NCBI GenBank assembly: GCA_963771155.1
Contig: CAVYSK010000001.1
Span: 20,457-84,456, forward strand
Direction of reading: 5' to 3'
Length of the DNA stretch: 64,000 nt
Source of the DNA: an uncultured Chloroflexia bacterium
GTDB lineage: Bacteria; Chloroflexota; Limnocylindria; QHBO01
This document shows, in pieces, positions 61,700 through 64,000 of the stretch; the first letter of the stretch is position 1; each line of letters opens with the position of its first letter. Under the pieces are notes generated by a model. That model was not told where the DNA came from. It searched no databases and was given only the letters and a program-made list of their open reading frames with translations. The translations under genes were made by a program, and so were the position numbers.

Positions 61700-63215
61700 G
61701 GCCGGGCTCGTCGGGGCGGCCGCGCTCCTCGGCCTCGCCCCGCTGCTGGCGGCGCCCGGCGCGGTGCTCGCGCATGCCATCGGCGGCACGTACCAGCTCC
61801 CGCTCCCGCTGTGGCTGTACCTGGCCGGCGCCGCGGTCGCCGTGGCCTCCTCCTTCGTCGTCGCCGTCCTCGTCGCGCGCGGTGAGCCACGCAACCCTCC
61901 CGCCTACCCGACGCGGCCGGTGGCGGCGGGGGTGGCCTCGGCGTTCCGCCTGGTCCTGCGCGTCCTCGGGCTGGCCTGGTGGTATGGGGCCATCGGCGTC
62001 GGATTCGTCGTCGGCGATATCAGCCCGATGCCGGCGGTCCTGTTCTGGATCGGCATCTGGGTCGGCCTGCCCATCGCGGCCGTGCTCGCCGGCAACCCGT
62101 GGCCGTCGCTGAGCCCGTTCCGGACGACGTTCGCCGGGCTGGAGTGGCTCGCGTCCCGGGCCGGCATCCGAAGCCTGGACCTCGGCATCCGCTATCCCGC
62201 TGCGCTGGCGCGCTGGCCAGCCGTCGCCCTCCTGGCTGCCGGCCTGTGGGCCGAGCTCGTCCTTCCCAACGGTGAGGTCGCCGGGACGGTTGCCTGGCTG
62301 CTCGTCGGGTACACCGTCCTGACAGTTGCGGGCATGGCGCTGTTCGGCCAGATCGCCTGGCTCCGGCACGCCGAGCTGCTCGAAGTGGAGCTCGGATGGT
62401 TCGGCCGTATCGGGCCGATCGGACGGCGGTCGGCGAGTGCCGCGCTCTGCGCGGGCTGCGGGGAGGAGTGCGACCCGGCCCGCTGCGTCGACTGCCCGGA
62501 GTGCTCGGTCGCTGCCGAGGACGGCGAGCGACATCCGGAGCTGCGGCCCTGGGTCGTCGGGCTCACCGAGGTCACGCGGGCCGGCTGGTCCGATGCCGCC
62601 TTCATCGTGCTCGCGCTCGCCGGCGTGTCGTTCGATGGGCTGCAGGAAACCGCCGCGGGTGCCGCGCTGCTCTCGGCGCTGCTGCCACCGATCCAGGCGC
62701 TCTTCGGGCTCACGAGCACGACATTCCTGCTGCTCGACACGCTGGCGCTCGTGGTCGTGGCCCTCGCGTTCGGCGCGGCATTCGGGCTGATCGTGCTGCT
62801 CAGCCATGCCGTGGCCGACCCTGACCGACGCCGGCCACTGGCATGGACCGCGGGCGTGTACGCGTCCACCCTGCTGCCGATCGCCGGCGGTTACCTGATC
62901 GCCCACTACCTGACGCTCGTGGTCCAGGGCATCGTCTGGCTGCCCTCGCTGCTGGTCGATCCCCTGATGAGCCTCGCGCCCGCCCTGGACTGGATCCCGA
63001 CCGGGCTCGTCTGGTACCTGAGCGTGGCCGCGATCGTCGCCGGGCACGTCGCGGGCATCGTCCTCGCGCACCGGCTGGCGCTGCGTGACGCGCCGCGACG
63101 CGCCATCGCGGCTGGCCTGCCGCTGGTCGCGCTGATGATCGGCTACACCGTGCTCAGCCTGTGGATCATCGCCCAGCCGATCGTGGTCGAGCCCGGCGTC
63201 ACCCCGGCCGCCTGA
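61689..63215 (+). CDS. Polytopic membrane protein (FedB / 'fenitrothion hydrolase'-annotated family) with Cys-rich loop
   Basis: HAIGGTYQLPLPLWLY, LSPFRT, TLLPIAGGYLIAHYL, GHVAGIVLAH. Confidence 0.75.
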   Translation: MSRRAGLVGAAALLGLAPLLAAPGAVLAHAIGGTYQLPLPLWLYLAGAAVAVASSFVVAVLVARGEPRNPPAYPTRPVAAGVASAFRLVLRVLGLAWWYGAIGVGFVVGDISPMPAVLFWIGIWVGLPIAAVLAGNPWPSLSPFRTTFAGLEWLASRAGIRSLDLGIRYPAALARWPAVALLAAGLWAELVLPNGEVAGTVAWLLVGYTVLTVAGMALFGQIAWLRHAELLEVELGWFGRIGPIGRRSASAALCAGCGEECDPARCVDCPECSVAAEDGERHPELRPWVVGLTEVTRAGWSDAAFIVLALAGVSFDGLQETAAGAALLSALLPPIQALFGLTSTTFLLLDTLALVVVALAFGAAFGLIVLLSHAVADPDRRRPLAWTAGVYASTLLPIAGGYLIAHYLTLVVQGIVWLPSLLVDPLMSLAPALDWIPTGLVWYLSVAAIVAGHVAGIVLAHRLALRDAPRRAIAAGLPLVALMIGYTVLSLWIIAQPIVVEPGVTPAA

Positions 63216-63246
63216 CACGCGCCCAGCGACGGGCTAGGCTCCGACG

Positions 63247-63966
63247 ATGACCGACGTCAGCCTGGCGGTCGCGTTCGCCGCCGGCGTCCTGTCCTTCCTG
63301 TCGCCGTGCGTGCTGGCGCTCGTGCCGGTCTACCTCGCCTTCCTGGGCAACGCGGCGGTCGGCGCGACGCTGGATGGCAGCGAAGCGACGGCTGCGCCAC
63401 CGGGAGCCGCGATCCTGCCCCAGGCGCTGCTGTTCATCGGCGGATTCAGCCTGGTGTTCGTCGTGGTCGGGACCTCGATCGGACTGATCGGGGCGCCGCT
63501 GTTCGCCGTGCCGGAGATCCGGCAGCTCGCGGGCATCGCCGTGATCGTGCTCGGCGTGCTCACGATCGGCGTCTTCGGGCCCGTGCTCGACCGCTTCAGC
63601 GTCGGCGTGGACCCCGCGGCGCTGCCCGCCGCGCGCGGCATCCGTGCGGCGGCGCTCGGGGCGCTGGTGGCGATCGGCTGGACCCCGTGCATCGGTCCCG
63701 TGCTGGGCGCGATCTTCACGATGGGCGCCTCGTCCGGCTCTGCACCGGCGGTGGCGCTCCTGCTGACGGCGTACTCACTGGGTCTGGCGGTCCCGTTCCT
63801 GGCGGCGGCCGTCGCCTTCCCCCGGATGCGTCCGCTGGTCGACTTCCTGCGACGCCATCACGGCGCCGTGCGGGTGATCACCGGACTGCTGATCGTGGCC
63901 ATCGGCGTCCTGATCTACCTGAACGCGTTCGCACGGCTCGCCAGCCTGTTCACGTTCGCTCTCTGA
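63247..63966 (+). CDS. ccdA: Cytochrome c biogenesis protein CcdA
   Basis: SFLSPCVLALVP, GWTPCIGPVLG, YSLGLAVPF. Confidence 0.93.
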   Translation: MTDVSLAVAFAAGVLSFLSPCVLALVPVYLAFLGNAAVGATLDGSEATAAPPGAAILPQALLFIGGFSLVFVVVGTSIGLIGAPLFAVPEIRQLAGIAVIVLGVLTIGVFGPVLDRFSVGVDPAALPAARGIRAAALGALVAIGWTPCIGPVLGAIFTMGASSGSAPAVALLLTAYSLGLAVPFLAAAVAFPRMRPLVDFLRRHHGAVRVITGLLIVAIGVLIYLNAFARLASLFTFAL

Positions 63967-64000
63967 CGCCGCGACCGATGGCACGGCATCTGCGGCGGAT

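Overview
High-GC (about 70%, estimated by eye) bacterial sequence, probably a long-read metagenomic contig with many indel frameshifts, densest in the first ~12 kb. It appears chimeric. Positions 1-9100 look actinobacterial (pxpABC, a liv-type ABC transporter, 20S proteasome prcA and a 5'-truncated prcB). At ~9101 prcB is joined to the N-terminus of an unrelated gene, and the rest resembles Chloroflexota (Limnocylindria-like; this is an inference). Most of the window is housekeeping or stress genes: ltaE, msrB, a WYL regulator, DUF72, a TM0106 nuclease-helicase, nfuA, ligD, ku, pdxH, rbsK, tldD/pmbA, ABC transporters and a Cu/Zn cluster. Two candidate novel systems stand out. (1) A ~6.3 kb island at tRNA-Val(GAC), flanked by a 46-bp direct repeat and with no integrase. 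In it, seven same-orientation copies (full or partial) of a ~75-bp imperfect palindrome (AGCCGCCGCTATCCCGAC...GGGCTTCGCGGCGGCT) separate short unrelated genes like a cassette array. (2) An RRNPP-like HTH-TPR regulator with a divergent 41-aa secreted propeptide gene and, downstream, a probable ~70-nt sRNA whose promoter contains a palindromic operator. Also seen are WYL-type operator boxes, two further structured-RNA candidates and several small unannotated ORFs.
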